Part shown: positions 23,587 through 36,354 of the stretch, piece by piece
Position numbering within the stretch: the stretch's first letter is position 1
Layout: each line of letters opens with the position of its first letter
NCBI RefSeq assembly: GCF_000143415.4
Contig: NW_003314261.1
Coordinates: 6,542,817-6,606,816 of the forward strand
DNA from: Selaginella moellendorffii
Taxonomy: Eukaryota > Plantae > Lycopodiophyta
Length of the DNA stretch: 64,000 bases
Direction: 5' to 3'
Program-made: the position numbers and the translations under genes
The notes under the pieces: generated by a model
The model's database searches: none
Told to the model about the DNA's origin: nothing
The model's input: only the letters and a program-made list of their open reading frames with translations

Positions 23587-26292
23587 ATGAGGCATGGCGA
23601 GGCATTGAAACGAGCTGATTTGCGCGAGGCCGTGCGGCAAATCGAGCAGCAGCGGCGGGATCCGGATGGAAATCTCTGCGCGTTTCTCTTGCGGCAGTGC
23701 GCCGGATCCAAGGCGCTGCTCGAGGGGCGGCGAATCCATGCCGTGCTCGCCGATCATGGCATGGATTCACAGACCCTACTGGGGAATCTCCTCGTTCACC
23801 TGTACACCAAATGCGAGAGCTTCCAGGAGGCGCGATCGGCATTCCAGCGGCTGTATCGTCCCAATGTCTTCTCGTGGAATAACATGATCGTCGCCTACAC
23901 CCATGCCGGCATGGTGGAATCGGCGCGAGAGATCTTCGAGAGCGCGCCACAGAGGTCTGTGGTCACCTGGAACACGATGATCCAAGCGTATGCGCGAAAC
24001 GGGCATATGGATTGCTGCCTCTGGCTTCTTGACAGGATGCCGGAGCACGACGCAATCTCCTGGAACACGGTGATGAGCGTGCTCCAAGATCTCGACCACG
24101 CCATCGATTTCTTCCACAGGATTCCTCACAGGGATCACATCTCCTGGAACGTCTTGATGAACGCTTTCGCGCAGAGCGGGCGAGAGGATCGCGCGGGGCT
24201 TGTGTTTGAGAGGATGCCAGAGCTGAGCGTTCTCTCCTGGAACATTGCGATTCAAGGCTATGCGCTAAAGGGACATCTGGAAGAGGCCAAGACGCTGTTC
24301 GATCGAATGCCCGAGGAAGACGTGGTGGCTGGAAACGCGATGATCGGGGCGTATGCCCAGCACGGGCATCTGGGAAGAGCGATCGCGGTGTTTGATCGCA
24401 TGGAGCAGCGCAATGTGATCACTTCCACTTCGATGATGGTGGCGTTTCTTCACGGTGGCGAGCTCGATCGAGCGCGCTGGTTCTTCGATTCCATGGCAGA
24501 GAAGAGCGTCGTGACTTGGAACGCGATGATCCACGCCTATGCCCAAGCCGGGGATATGGATCACGCGAGCAAACTCTTTCGCGAGATGCCCACCCGCGAT
24601 GTGCTATCTTGCAACGCGATGCTCACCGGCTATGGCCTTTGCTGCGACGCCAAGAGCGCGCTCCAGATCTTCGAGAGAATGCCGCAGCGAGGAACCTCGT
24701 CTTGCAACGCGATGTTTCGAGCATTCGCTCAGAACGGCGAGCTCGATCGAGCGCGGGAGATCTTCCACTCGCTCATGCGACACCGCGACGTCGTCTCCTG
24801 GAACATCGCGATTGCGTCTTACGCCCAAAGCAGCGATTTCTCCCCGGCAATCGCCCTCTTCCGCAAGATCCCATCCAGGAGCGTTGTCACCTGGAACACT
24901 CTCCTCCAATCTCTGAGCGAGAATGGCCGGTTGGAAGAAGCTCGCGATCTCTTCCAGTCGATGCCCGAGAAGGATCACGTCTCTTGGACCGCGATGATCT
25001 GCGTCTATGGAGCTCACGCTCGATCGGCGGAGGCGAAGCTGGTCTTTGATCAGATGCCCAGCCGGAGTGTGATCTCCTGGACCGCGATGCTCAATGGCTA
25101 CTCGAGCAGCGGAAAGATCGAGCTCGCAAAGCTCGCCTTTGATCGAATGCCACACTGGACTCTTGTCACGCTCAACTCGATCGTCTCGTCGCTGGCCCAG
25201 AGCAAGTTCGTGATCGCCGCGAGCCAGATCGTGGAGAGCATGCCCACGCGCGATGGAGTAACTTGGAACGCGCTCCTCGCTGGCTACGCCCAGCTCGGCC
25301 AATCCATCCGCGCGAGATCCATCTTTGACAGGCTCCCCGAGCGCGATCTCATGAGCTGGAACACGATGATCCAGGCGCATGGCATCGCGCGCGAAGCTCT
25401 GGAGGCCAGGGAGCTCTTCGATCGAGCGCCCGAGCGAGACGTGATCTCCTGGAACACGATGATCAACGCGTACGCGCTGAGCGATCGCGGCGAGCTGGGG
25501 CTGGAGCTCTTCCGGCTCATGGATCTCGATGGATCGGCCAGGCCCGACGTGACGACGTTCGTGAGCGTCGTGGAGGCGATTGCGAGCGCCGCGGCGATCG
25601 CCCAGGCGCGGATCATCCACGCGCTGGTGGTGGAATCTGGACTGGACACCGACGTGATCGTGGCCACGGCGCTCATCAACATGTATGGGAAGTGTGGGCG
25701 AGTGGATCGAGCTCGCGAGATCTTCCAGGCGATGCTGCTGCACGATGGCCGCGAGGTGGTGGACGTGATCAGCTGGAACGCGATGATCGCGAGCTGCGCG
25801 AGCAATGGCCACTGGATCGAGGCGCTGGAGCTGTTCTTGGCGATGCAGCTGGACGGGAGGAATCCAGAGGCCGTGACGTTCGTGAACGTCTTGAATTGCT
25901 GTAGCCACTCGGGCCTCCAGGAGGATGGATATCGCCACTTTGGATCGATGATCCAAGACTATCACCTCACCCCGGGAGTATTCCACTTTGTGATCCTGGT
26001 CGACTGCCTGGGACGAACTGGGCGGCTAGACGAGGCCGAGGAATTGATGGAGACGATGCCATTCCAGCCCAATGTGGTGGTGCTCACCACTCTCCTGGGC
26101 GCTTGCAAGAACCACAAGGATGTCAAGCGCGCTAAACGCATCGCCAGGAAGCTCGTAGCTATGGAGGAGCAATCCGAGTGTCCGGCGGTGCCGTATGTGC
26201 TGCTCTCTAACGCCCAGGCCGACGATTTGGACCAATCCATCCCCGAGATTTGCCAAACGATCCAAGACCAAGACGCGGAGGAAGAACCCTAA
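23587..26292 (+). CDS. PLS/E-class PPR protein, 901 aa, no DYW domain
   Basis: Intronless ORF with long run of SS-like repeats, ALINMYGKCG, TLLGACKNH, PYVLLSN. Confidence 0.93.
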   Translation: MRHGEALKRADLREAVRQIEQQRRDPDGNLCAFLLRQCAGSKALLEGRRIHAVLADHGMDSQTLLGNLLVHLYTKCESFQEARSAFQRLYRPNVFSWNNMIVAYTHAGMVESAREIFESAPQRSVVTWNTMIQAYARNGHMDCCLWLLDRMPEHDAISWNTVMSVLQDLDHAIDFFHRIPHRDHISWNVLMNAFAQSGREDRAGLVFERMPELSVLSWNIAIQGYALKGHLEEAKTLFDRMPEEDVVAGNAMIGAYAQHGHLGRAIAVFDRMEQRNVITSTSMMVAFLHGGELDRARWFFDSMAEKSVVTWNAMIHAYAQAGDMDHASKLFREMPTRDVLSCNAMLTGYGLCCDAKSALQIFERMPQRGTSSCNAMFRAFAQNGELDRAREIFHSLMRHRDVVSWNIAIASYAQSSDFSPAIALFRKIPSRSVVTWNTLLQSLSENGRLEEARDLFQSMPEKDHVSWTAMICVYGAHARSAEAKLVFDQMPSRSVISWTAMLNGYSSSGKIELAKLAFDRMPHWTLVTLNSIVSSLAQSKFVIAASQIVESMPTRDGVTWNALLAGYAQLGQSIRARSIFDRLPERDLMSWNTMIQAHGIAREALEARELFDRAPERDVISWNTMINAYALSDRGELGLELFRLMDLDGSARPDVTTFVSVVEAIASAAAIAQARIIHALVVESGLDTDVIVATALINMYGKCGRVDRAREIFQAMLLHDGREVVDVISWNAMIASCASNGHWIEALELFLAMQLDGRNPEAVTFVNVLNCCSHSGLQEDGYRHFGSMIQDYHLTPGVFHFVILVDCLGRTGRLDEAEELMETMPFQPNVVVLTTLLGACKNHKDVKRAKRIARKLVAMEEQSECPAVPYVLLSNAQADDLDQSIPEICQTIQDQDAEEEP

Positions 26293-26429
26293 CCCTAGAA
26301 ATAGAAACAGGGCATTTTTTTTCTTGCGTAGCTAGTCAGTGACTGCGATTTTGGGCGCCAAGGCGCCAGATCTGTGCTAGGGTTATGCTGGTAGTGGATC
26401 TAAGGATCTGAGCTCTGGGAGCCGGCGCC

Positions 26430-27706
26430 ATGAGGAAGCAGTGGATTTTGATCGCGCTCGTGATGGCGTCGCTGCTTGAGGTGATTGGATTCGATCGAGG
26501 CCTGCATTGGCGGCTTGTGTTTCTCATTCCTTTGTGTTTGCTCTTCGCAGTGGGCTCAAGGCTGGCGAAAAGCACAGGTAAGGATACTTTCCTTCCAGAT
26601 CGATTGATCACTCCCAAAATGCTGCCATTTTTTGTTCTCTTCTAGATTTCTATGGATGAGGCCATGAATTCCACCGGGGCCTTGATTCAAGCACCGGGGA
26701 TTTTCAGCGGGTATGGTTTGCTCGACGCTGTGTTCTCGAGCTTTTCTATGATAATTGTCAGCGAGGTAACGTTTGCTCGTCCCGGAACTCTCCGTTGCTA
26801 ATGGTTGCTGCTTTAGGCCTAATTCTTTTGTGCTCCTCTGGTAGATTGGAGACGAGACTTTCATCATCGCAGCTCTAATGGCGATGAGGCATCCGCGAGC
26901 CATAGTTCTTTCTGGAGCTCTCACCGCGCTTGCTCTCATGACTGTAAGTTCTCGCAAGCTTTATTTTCTGTTTACTCAGGTGCTTTTATTCTTTTGATAA
27001 CAGGTTTTCTCCACCGTTCTTGGAAGAATAGTTCCCAATCTTATCTCGCGAAGGCACGTCAATAGTTTTGCCACTGGTATGGATTTCTCTTCGTTCCTTT
27101 CTTTTCCTCAGTTTTTCCTTGTTGCAGTGTTGTATACTTTCTTTGGATTGCGGCTATTGTATATAGCGTGGAAGTCGGGCGTCACCGAGAAACAAAACGA
27201 GCTCGGAGAGGTACCCTAGCTTTGCTCGCTCATTTCCAACTTCGTTCCCGCAGGTCGAAGAGAAACTGGAAGGCAGCACGCATGGAAAGTCAAGAGTCCG
27301 ACAATTTTTCACGAGGTTTTGCACTCCAATCTTTTTGGAGGTACGTTTTGGTGTTACACTCCAAGTTTTCATTCGCTGGCTGATCATTTTGCCGGTCGTT
27401 TCAGTCGTTCATCCTCACGTTTTTGGCGGAATGGGGAGATAGAAGCCAGATCGCAACGATTGCAGTTAAGTTCGCATTGTTTTTCCTTGATCCAGCTCAA
27501 AATTTTCGTCTTTCTAGCTTGCTGCTCACAAAAACGCTGTGGGAGTTACACTGGGAGCGATCGTTGGACACACCGTGTGTACGAGCATTGCCGTCGTTGG
27601 CGGTCGAATTCTCGCCATGAGAATATCACAGAGAACCGTGGCGCTCATTGGAGGTCTATTGTTTCTGGGATTTGCTATGAGCTCTTACTTCTATCCTGCC
27701 TTGTAG
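26430..27706 (+). CDS. GDT1/TMEM165 (UPF0016) Ca2+/Mn2+ transporter, multi-exon
   Basis: Two ExGD motifs: spliced SE-IGDETFIIAALMAMRHP and FLAEWGDRSQIATI; N-terminal hydrophobic leader; stop TAG 27704-27706. Confidence 0.9.
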
Positions 27707-27823
27707 CACGATCTCTACCGTTAATTGACAAACGCCACTTTGACGGCCTCGATTCTTTGCCGTGTGCTATCGTTTTCCCGCCCAGTGCAGAGCTAGCTAG
27801 GGCTTTTCGTGGATGAGAGCGCG

Positions 27824-29620
27824 ATGGAGTCGCCGCGGACGGATCCAGCTGCCGGGGATTTAGATTATCAATGCATTCGATCGGAATTCATCGGTGGGCT
27901 GGATCTCGCGCGGCTACTCGGCGTCCTGGAGAATGTGAGTGTTTCTTGGTATAAGCGATTCTTTCTCACAGCTCTTCAGGTCCAAATCCATGGCTTCCGG
28001 CGGCGGCACTATATTGGCGCGTGGAGGATTTGCTGAAGCGAGCTTCAATCTTTTCCAATTCTCGTGACTGAGGAGTTTTTGGAAGCGCTGGCGAAGCTGT
28101 GTGTGATGATCTTGTGACTGTGGATTTCATTCGGAGGGAGGTCTTGTCGTTGAATTTGCAGCTTCTGTTTGCCATCGAAGATCTAAGCGATCATCCTCAA
28201 GGTGAGCGGTCGTATGTAGAGATGATGCCTTAGTGATTTTCCTTTTTCTTTCGTTCTTAACAGGCAAAGTTCTTTGTGGGAAGCACTTCATTACTAGGCT
28301 TCTGACGTTGGCTTGAAGTCGGGGTCTTTAAAACTCAAGCGTGCTTCTGTGGAGACTCTCTGTGCCTTGATTACTCGATCGGCCGAGAACCAGAAGTTTC
28401 TGATACTTCACGTGACTGGATGGTGAGTTCGGCTGTGCATTTCATTTTATGTTTCTAAGGTTTTCATGCAGCTACAAGCTTTTCAAGCTTTTACTCCCGA
28501 AGTGTGGAGACTTTCAACTTCAAGCTAGTGCTGCGGAGATACTTTTTCGATTAACAATGGGACACAAGAGGCTCATGGATATAGTTGATGACGATGCTGC
28601 GAAGAGGGCAATGCTATCCATGCACGAGATGAAAAGGCCAGATGTCAAGACCGGCATTAGGAACTTCGTTAACTTGGTCAATGAGTCCCTGGGAGCATCG
28701 AGAAGGTGAGAGCCCGTGCTTTAGCGTTTATTCTTTTCGAGCCTTACAAGTTTTCATCGATGGCAAAGAACATACTTCTCACGAAGAAGTATGGGTGCAT
28801 ATCGGAGTGGAAACTCACCAAGCAAAGTACGAGAGTGCAATTACAATCAAAGTTGCTACTGACGTCAACCTTTACAGGAGCTGCAGAGATAATGGATTTT
28901 GATTTTAAGAACATCAAAGAGATCAAAGGTGAGTTACTCTCACAAGTACGGCTAAGCTAGTTATGATGGTTTAGTGCTCTCCTCGTCATCTTTGGAGCTC
29001 GTTATTTGGAAGCCTCAGGACGATGCTGCCGTTCCAACAAGAACTATAGCACGCTTTCGGTTTTCTTTAGAAGGTATACGTTGGTTTTTTCTAATGACCG
29101 GTTCTAAAGTCTACATGGATCGGTAAATATTCGTTGCACCTCAGGATTTGTACTGATCGAAAGAGGCTCTTTGAGAAACATGCTAAACAAGTTAAAAAAG
29201 AAGTTGCAGTCTCGAGCTCGTGATAAAACTGCTCATATAATAACTTCCACCTCGGAGGCGATCAAATCGAAAATGATACGTGTTGAGCATAATCAGTCCT
29301 GTATCTTACACAATCTTACCAACAACAAATGAGAAAGCCAAGAGCTTCAAGATCTGAAAAGCGAAGTAGGATTCTCTCTCTGTTTCTCTGTGTTGTTTCT
29401 TTTTACTAAACGAGTTTTTGCTTGGATCAGAGCTAACGCAGAAAAAATTGATTGCGCAAATGCAAAAGAGGGATGATTCTTGCCGTCCGAAAGGTTGGTT
29501 GAATGTAGCCGGTTTTAAAACTGCAAGTGTATTAACACTAGTCACAGGCTGCCAAGCACATGCAGGGCTTCAAGAAAAATACTCCAACAACTGGTAATGG
29601 ACACTGTGGAGTTATAAATT
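27824..29620 (+). pseudogene. SYCP2-like (ARM-like + PH/Spt16M-like) meiotic axis gene, apparently disrupted; 3' end approximate
   Basis: CGDFQLQASAAEILFRL...KTGIRNFVNLVNESLGASR-SVYSF...EEVWVHIG resembles my recollection of the SYCP2 N-terminal domain. Apparent frameshifts near 28040-28110 and 28313, and an implausible 19-nt intron at 28706-28724. Confidence 0.5.
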
Positions 29621-29789
29621 GCGGAGTCGTTTAGCATCTTACAAAATCATAATTCTACGCGACGGTTTTCATCCTAAGAAACGATTATGATTTTTAAGGC
29701 TGTGCATCAGGTATGTTTTTCAATTCTTGTTTCGAACCTTTGCTGCTTTGTTTCCTCTGTCCACTTACAGAAACTGGACCGGTTATACT

Positions 29790-30964
29790 TCAAGCCTTTT
29801 GACTTGAATAAACAGCATCCACATCATCCAGCTCCAGTAGCTTTTCCATAAGGCCTTTGTTCAACTCCATCGCTTCATCATCAACCTAGGAGCATCATCC
29901 CAGCCAGAACAAAATCAGGCACTAGCGTTTCGATATGTTACCTCTACTTGCGCGTTTGACACGAGCTCTAGACCCGAGTCGACGCCAACTGGGAATCCGG
30001 CCTCTACAAGCTTGGATTTTACAGGTATGTAGTCTTCCGCCTTTGTTATCACTTTGAAGACCCTGTTGGAAAAAGTGTAGAGAAGCTTTGCTTTTATGAC
30101 ACTAAAGCAAAAAAGCTTTTGGTGTACCTGTCTTCCAGGGAGGCTTCCTCGTCTTCCGGAGGCTCAATGACATCCTCGGCACCAGCGTCGGTGGCTGCTA
30201 CAAAGAGCTCGTCGGCACTCACGTCTGCGGCAGCTTTAACGTAAAGTACACCAGCTCGCTTGAAGTCGAAGAGAACCGAGCCGGAGCCAGCCATCTTGGC
30301 TCGACACTTTTTCACCACTTCTCGAATCTGACAGGACGAGCGATTAGGATTGTCCGTAAGAACTTCGACCACGATACCAACGCCACCATAGCCAAACACC
30401 TGCAAGCACAGCTTCACGTAAGAAAGCTCAAAAGCAAAGGTTCTATCTTTTTAGCTAACACGCGCTTTGCGTGTTTTTACCTCGTACAGGATCTCACTGA
30501 AGGATTGGTTCTCGGTGTCCTTCGCTTTCTTCATGTTTCGCTCGATGATTTCTTTCGAGACATTCAGCTCTCTCGCCCGTTGAAGCACCGCTGCCAGTTG
30601 CAAGTTTGACGCTGTGTTGGCACCACCCTCCCGAACACTGCTCAAGAAAAAAACGAAAGTGGGCAACAACACTAGAAATCTCTGCTGCTATCGAGAGCAC
30701 GAAGAAGGCAAGTTACACGCTTTGGCGACTTCCTTGGAGATCCTGTTGTTGATCTTGTCCCGCCGCAAGCTCTGTGCAGCCTGCACCAAAACAACCAAAG
30801 GTCAGGCCAGCTTTTTCTTCTCCTCGCCAAAAACTAATCTTTTACTTTGGTACCTTCCTGGTTGCGATTTTCAGTGCGCGCCTGCTCATCTCACGGCACG
30901 AACTTTGCCGCATTGCGATGCCTGGAAAGATCCACGACGCAAGAAGAAAAGTTCCGCTAAGCAT
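29790..30964 (-). CDS. YebC/PmpR/TACO1-family protein, probably organellar (start uncertain)
   Basis: RRALKIATRK, YE-VFGYGGVGIVVEVLTDNPNRS, GSVLFDFKRAG, LLELDDVDAVY. Confidence 0.88.
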
Positions 30965-32923
30965 GACAAAGGAGAGAACTCTAAGAACCCACCTCTTCTC
31001 ACCCGAGCAGCAGCAGCCCTCATCGTCTCGAGCCCTAAACAATGCGAATGTTTCCAGAGTTTTGGCCTCTAAAAGGTAGGACAAAAATCTCGTCTCGTTT
31101 GGCATTTTCCAGTTCACCCATCGATGGCTTTCAGGTGTGCATTCACCAATTCCTGACAGCGATCCGCTGGCGAGCTTGTCCCTTTTACAAGAAAAAATCC
31201 GCAACAGCAACACAAGCGTGTTCCATTCGCAACAAACGAGTGAGTTCTCGTGTTTTTCTTTTCTTCTTCTTCTTTTGCTTGCAAGCAAGACCAGATCAAA
31301 GTTTTCGTTCTTTATTTTCTTCTCGCTAGATCGCTGCTTGTTCTTGCTTGCTTTTGTGCGTACACGAGATTTTGATCGCAGCGGCAGGAGTTCGTGATTT
31401 CTGGACGACCCTTGTCTGTCATCATAGATCCCCGCACGAACACACACACACACGTCAATCATTTGACAAAACGAAAACAGAAAATCGCGAGGCTTTGATC
31501 ATGGTATGATCATGGGAAGCAAACATCATGATCCCAGAACTTTTGACCACTCGGACGAAGTGGAAAACAAAAACAAAGACAGGAAGACAATGGCCAAACA
31601 CCCACACACACGCGAAAAGTTTTGAGTCATTTGTGTCGTGCGGACTACGTCGGTAGCATCGTGCATGCATTTCGGATCATCATCGATCCAAAAAAAATAG
31701 TGGAAGAAATTTCTACCAAACGCTCAAAATCAAACCATCCACACCCACAAACACAAACGAACAAAACAAGGAGAAAGTACTTCATTCGTTTGCAAACAAA
31801 CGCGTGCTGCCACTGACCATTTCCGGGACGGAATGGCGAGGGGATGGACGGAGCTTATGATGCCAGGCATTTTGCGGCCAGATGGACGGCCCTTATGACG
31901 CCGGGCATTCCGCGGCGGAAGAGCCAGCGGATGGACGGCCTCCCAGCCGTTAGTTGCGGCGGGCCAGAAAGCCCGACACGGGACTACAATTACGGGACGT
32001 GGGCCACATGGCCAACACTCAGGGAGAAATTCGGCCACCTGACGTTGGTTGTAATGTAACTGTCGAATACAGGATACGAATACCACACGACTTGACCCCG
32101 CCTTTCAGACGCATATTCCGGCCATCCCCTCTTACGACCGTTCACCTACCATGGTGACGGAGCGGTGGCGCTGCGCGGTGAAATATTCTACACGCCGCGG
32201 CGGAATGTACCCCCGCCGCGGTGGAATATGCCAGTGGCTTGGAGAGCCAGCCAGTGCGAGCAAATATCGTTGGCTCTGGAGCAGAATGGCAGGGCGTGGC
32301 GAGGCCCCCTCCTCTTCTTCTTCTACTCTCGCACGGCATTGACGCGCATCGATCGATCGATCGGGAATATATGTGCGGCAGCGCTCGGCGGCGGCGGCCG
32401 GGCGGCGGTGGTGGTGGCTCGGATGGCAATTCCTGGCCGGATCCAGCGGCGGCGCTAGGCAACAAGGGGACGAGCGGTCGGGAGCTATCGTAGCAATGGC
32501 GGTAAGCAGCACAGCGGTCTATTCGTCGTCGTCCTCCTCCTCCTCCTCCTCGCATTGAGATCTTGTAGTGTACCACGGCAGCAGCATCGATCCAGGGTCA
32601 CTTTCTCCCTCCAATGCCGAAATATTTCCAGGGTTCTAGGGTCTGGACGGGGTCGCAGATCCCGCATTCTCGGCCAATTCACAGCGCGCGGTGAGACGCC
32701 GCGCAATGCACGTCGGGATTGGGAGGAATTTGGAAGATCCGTGCCAGGTCGCGGCTATCGTCAACATTTTGACGAAGAACACGCGCAGAGAAGGTGCTAT
32801 CTCTATCGCTTCAGCTTCCTCGAGGGAGCTTGCTAGAGCTAGAGTAGAAACAGGGCGGTAGAAGGAGATGGGGTCGATCGGTCGATAGGCAGTGGCAGTG
32901 GCAGTGGGAAATCTCGAGCCAGG

Positions 32924-35404
32924 ATGCCGCCGAGCTTCGATTTGTCGGAGCTCTTTGGAAGCAGGGGCGGGGCAGTAGGGGGAGGAGGGGGAACGCCAGT
33001 GGTTGTCAAGATGGAAGATCCAAACAACTGGTCCATGGTGGAGATCGAAGGACCCAACGCGGCCCTTCACGGCGACAAGGATAGAGGGAAGAACGCCAAG
33101 CAGCTCACTTGGGTCCTCCTCCTCAAGGCGCACCGAGCAGTGGGGTGCGTCGCGTGGATGGCGCAGGGGATCTGGGCATTGCTCGCGGCCATCAAGACGC
33201 GATTGGTTCTTAGCTCTCGCTCGGGGGACTCGGACTCTTCTTCTTCGTCGGGGAAGCCACAGCACAAGGGCAAGCTCCACCAGTTTATCCGAGGATTCCT
33301 GGCCTTCGCGGTGGTGATGCTCGTCGTGGAGATGTGTGCCCACATTTTGGGCTGGCACTTGCGCTTCAACCGACCACATTTCCATCTTCCCAGCCCCAAA
33401 GATCTCAGCCTCCATAGCCTGCTACAAACCATCTACCTGGCTTGGGTGTACGTGAGAGCTACTTTCATCGCTCCTCCCCTCCAGGCGCTGGCCGACGGCT
33501 GCATCGTTTTGTTCCTCATCCAGAGCGCGGATAGAGTGCTGCTGTGCCTGGGCTGCATCTGGATCAAGTACAAGAGGATTAGACCGGAAGCAAGCGTGGA
33601 GTTACTCGACTCTGGCGATCCCGAGCTCCCGTACAATGGCTATCCCATGGTGCTGTGCCAGATCCCGATGTGCAACGAAAGAGAGGTATGTGCACTTCTT
33701 GCTTTCCAGTTCCAGTTCCAGCAATGCTTTGATTGATATAGATTGGTTTCATGAGTTCTTCTCTTTTTTCTTGTAAGCAAACCCTGTCATCTTTTCTCTT
33801 CCTGCTCGATTGGTTGTTTGTTTTTAAAACGTTGAGCTGGCTTGCTTGAGCACTTTTCATTTTTTTCTGAGTTGCCTTTTCTGTTCTCACTCGCTAAACA
33901 GGTGTATGAGCAATCCATTTCAGCAGTGAGCCAACTCGACTGGCCCAGGGACAGGATCCTAGTTCAGGTTTTGGACGACTCGAGCGACGAGGAGATTCAG
34001 ATGCTCATCAAAGCTGAGGTCCTCAAGTGGCATCAGAAAGGGATACGAATTGTGTACAGGCACCGACCAATCCGAACGGGCTACAAAGCTGGCAACTTGA
34101 AGTCGGCAATGACCTGCGACTACGTCAATGACTATGAGTTTGTGGCGATCTTCGACGCGGATTTTCAACCAAGGCCTGATTTCCTGAAGCGGACAATCCC
34201 TCACCTCAAGGTGCTCCAGCTCAGCTTGAACTGGTTTGTCGTTTTGATATGCTGGTCTGTGTTCTGCAGCAAGATCCAAAACTAGCGTTGGTACAAGCAC
34301 GATGGGCGTTCGTGAACAAGGATGACAACCTGCTCACGAGGCTCCAGAACGTAAATCTCTCGTTTCACTTCGAAGTCGAACAGCAGGTGAACGGAGTGTT
34401 TCTCAACTTCTTTGGATTCAACGGGACCGCTGGAGTCTGGAGGAAGACGGCCTTGGAGGATTCAGGTGGCTGGTTGGAAAGGACGACTGTGGAGGACATG
34501 GACATTGCTGTGCGAGCTCACCTGCGAGGCTGGAAGTTTATTTTTCTCAACGACGTCAACGTATTGTGCGAGCTTCCAGAATCGTACGAGGCCTACAGGA
34601 AGCAGCAGCATCGTTGGCATTCGGGTCCAATGCAGCTCTTTCGATTGTGCTTGCCAGATGTTGTCACAGCGAAGGCAAGTATTTCGTTTTCCTTTTTTGT
34701 ACGTTGTTGCTGACTTTGAAAGGCTTTGTTGATTTTTCCAGATACCATTGTGGAGGAAAGCCAATCTCGTCTTTCTCTTTTTCCTGCTTAGAAAGCTCAT
34801 TCTGCCATTCTACTCGTTCACCTTGTTCTGCATTATCCTTCCCATGACCATGTTCGTTCCAGAGTCACACTTGCCAGTCTGGGTGATTTGCTACGTCCCA
34901 GCTCTCATGTCCTTCCTCAACGTTCTCCCGTCCCCTCGCTCCTTCCCTTTCATCGTTCCCTACCTTCTGTTCGAAAACACCATGTCCGTCACCAAGTTCA
35001 ACGCTATGATATCGGGACTCTTTCAGCTCAGCAGCGCCTACGAGTGGGTGGTAACCAAGAAGAAAGGCCGAGCGTCGGAAGCGGACTTGTCATTAGTCAC
35101 TCCAAAAGAAGAACTGGCGGAAGCTCAACAGTTGCTCCGCGGCTCCTCGGATTCACAGGTGGAAACTCTGGCAAAGTTGCAAGAACAGGAACAGGTTGCA
35201 AAGTCCAAGGCTCTGGCTCCATCGCCACAGAAGAAACCCAAGGCCCGGTTCTACAGGAAGGAGCTGAGCCTGGCTTTCCTGCTGCTCACGGCGGCGGCGA
35301 GGAGTTTGCTCTCGGCTCAAGGCGTGCACTTCTACTTCTTGCTCTTCCAAGGGATCTCCTTCCTCGTCATCGGGCTCGATCTCATCGGCGAGCAAAAGGA
35401 TTGA
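32924..35404 (+). CDS. CSLC: Cellulose synthase-like C (xyloglucan glucan synthase), 4 exons
   Basis: [48 protein letters not shown]; third intron has a GC donor (~34675-34741). Confidence 0.95.
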
Positions 35405-35585
35405 TGGCCAGGTTCCCGGGTTGGCGCGCAAAGAGCTAGAGTTGTGACCGTTCTACGCAGCGAGCGACAAAAACAAGCACGACGTGGGAGGACTTAAAAA
35501 CTATTGCTGCTGGTAACAAGGTTCTCTTTTCGTTCTTTCGTTCTTTCTTCTTTCATTTTCGTCTCTCCTTCGTTTTCCTCCATTT

Positions 35586-35587
<2 letters not shown>

Positions 35588-35620
<33 letters not shown>
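35588..35620. repeat. (CT)n microsatellite
   Basis: Uninterrupted TC run downstream of CSLC. Confidence 0.9.
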
Positions 35621-35622
<2 letters not shown>

Positions 35623-36354
35623 TTTCCAGTCGATTCATCGATCTCAAGAGTGGCTGACTGTTTGGTGGTGGCAGCCAATTCAGATTATTTTTACAGACTG
35701 GATTCTTCATTCGGGGCTAGAAACAAAACAGGGATATGGATAAAATCGATTGATTGCTACTGTCACTCGATCAGCTTGCGCGAGAGTTTCGAGTTTCTAT
35801 ATAGACAACGAACGAGAGCGAAGAAAACTCCACAGCAATCGCTGCTCCCTCGGTATTTAATTTTCAGGCCAGAGAATTCTTTCGGGCATCAACACCAAGA
35901 AAAAAAAAAGAAAAAAGATCAACGAAGGAATATCACACCCATGACAAGACAACACAAGAGTATGTGAATAAGCAAGCGAATGTGGTTAAAAGGGAAAATT
36001 TTTCTTCTTTCCTCTTCGTCCTCCTCTATCCTTTTTAGCCCGGTTTCTAGATGTATATCGATTCATGGCGAGAGTTAATAAAGAAAGTTCCAAGATTGGA
36101 GAAACAAAAATTTGTAAACGTCGCTAAGATCAAAGCAAAAAAAATATCAGAAACGATAACAAAGAAAAAGTTTCTTTGAAACAAACATTATAATTGCCAA
36201 CCACTTATGCCACCAACGAAATCCACCGGAAACCCAAGCTAATTCCGTCCGTTGCGCATGTCATTAAATCGTATGACATGGTACCACTCGAAAACCGTAC
36301 ATTAAGTTCTTCCGCGGTTCTCGCAAGGATTTGTCTTCCGTACCAATGTTCTTA

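Noticed and set aside
24604-25986. 460-aa antisense ORF, and similar ones opposite DRT102, M32 and other PPRs
   Set aside because: Shadow ORFs of GC-rich coding sequence with no recognisable motifs.
32496-32558. Possible uORF (MAVSSTAVYSSSS...) upstream of CSLC
   Set aside because: Mostly a TCC microsatellite; TSS unknown; no evidence of conservation.
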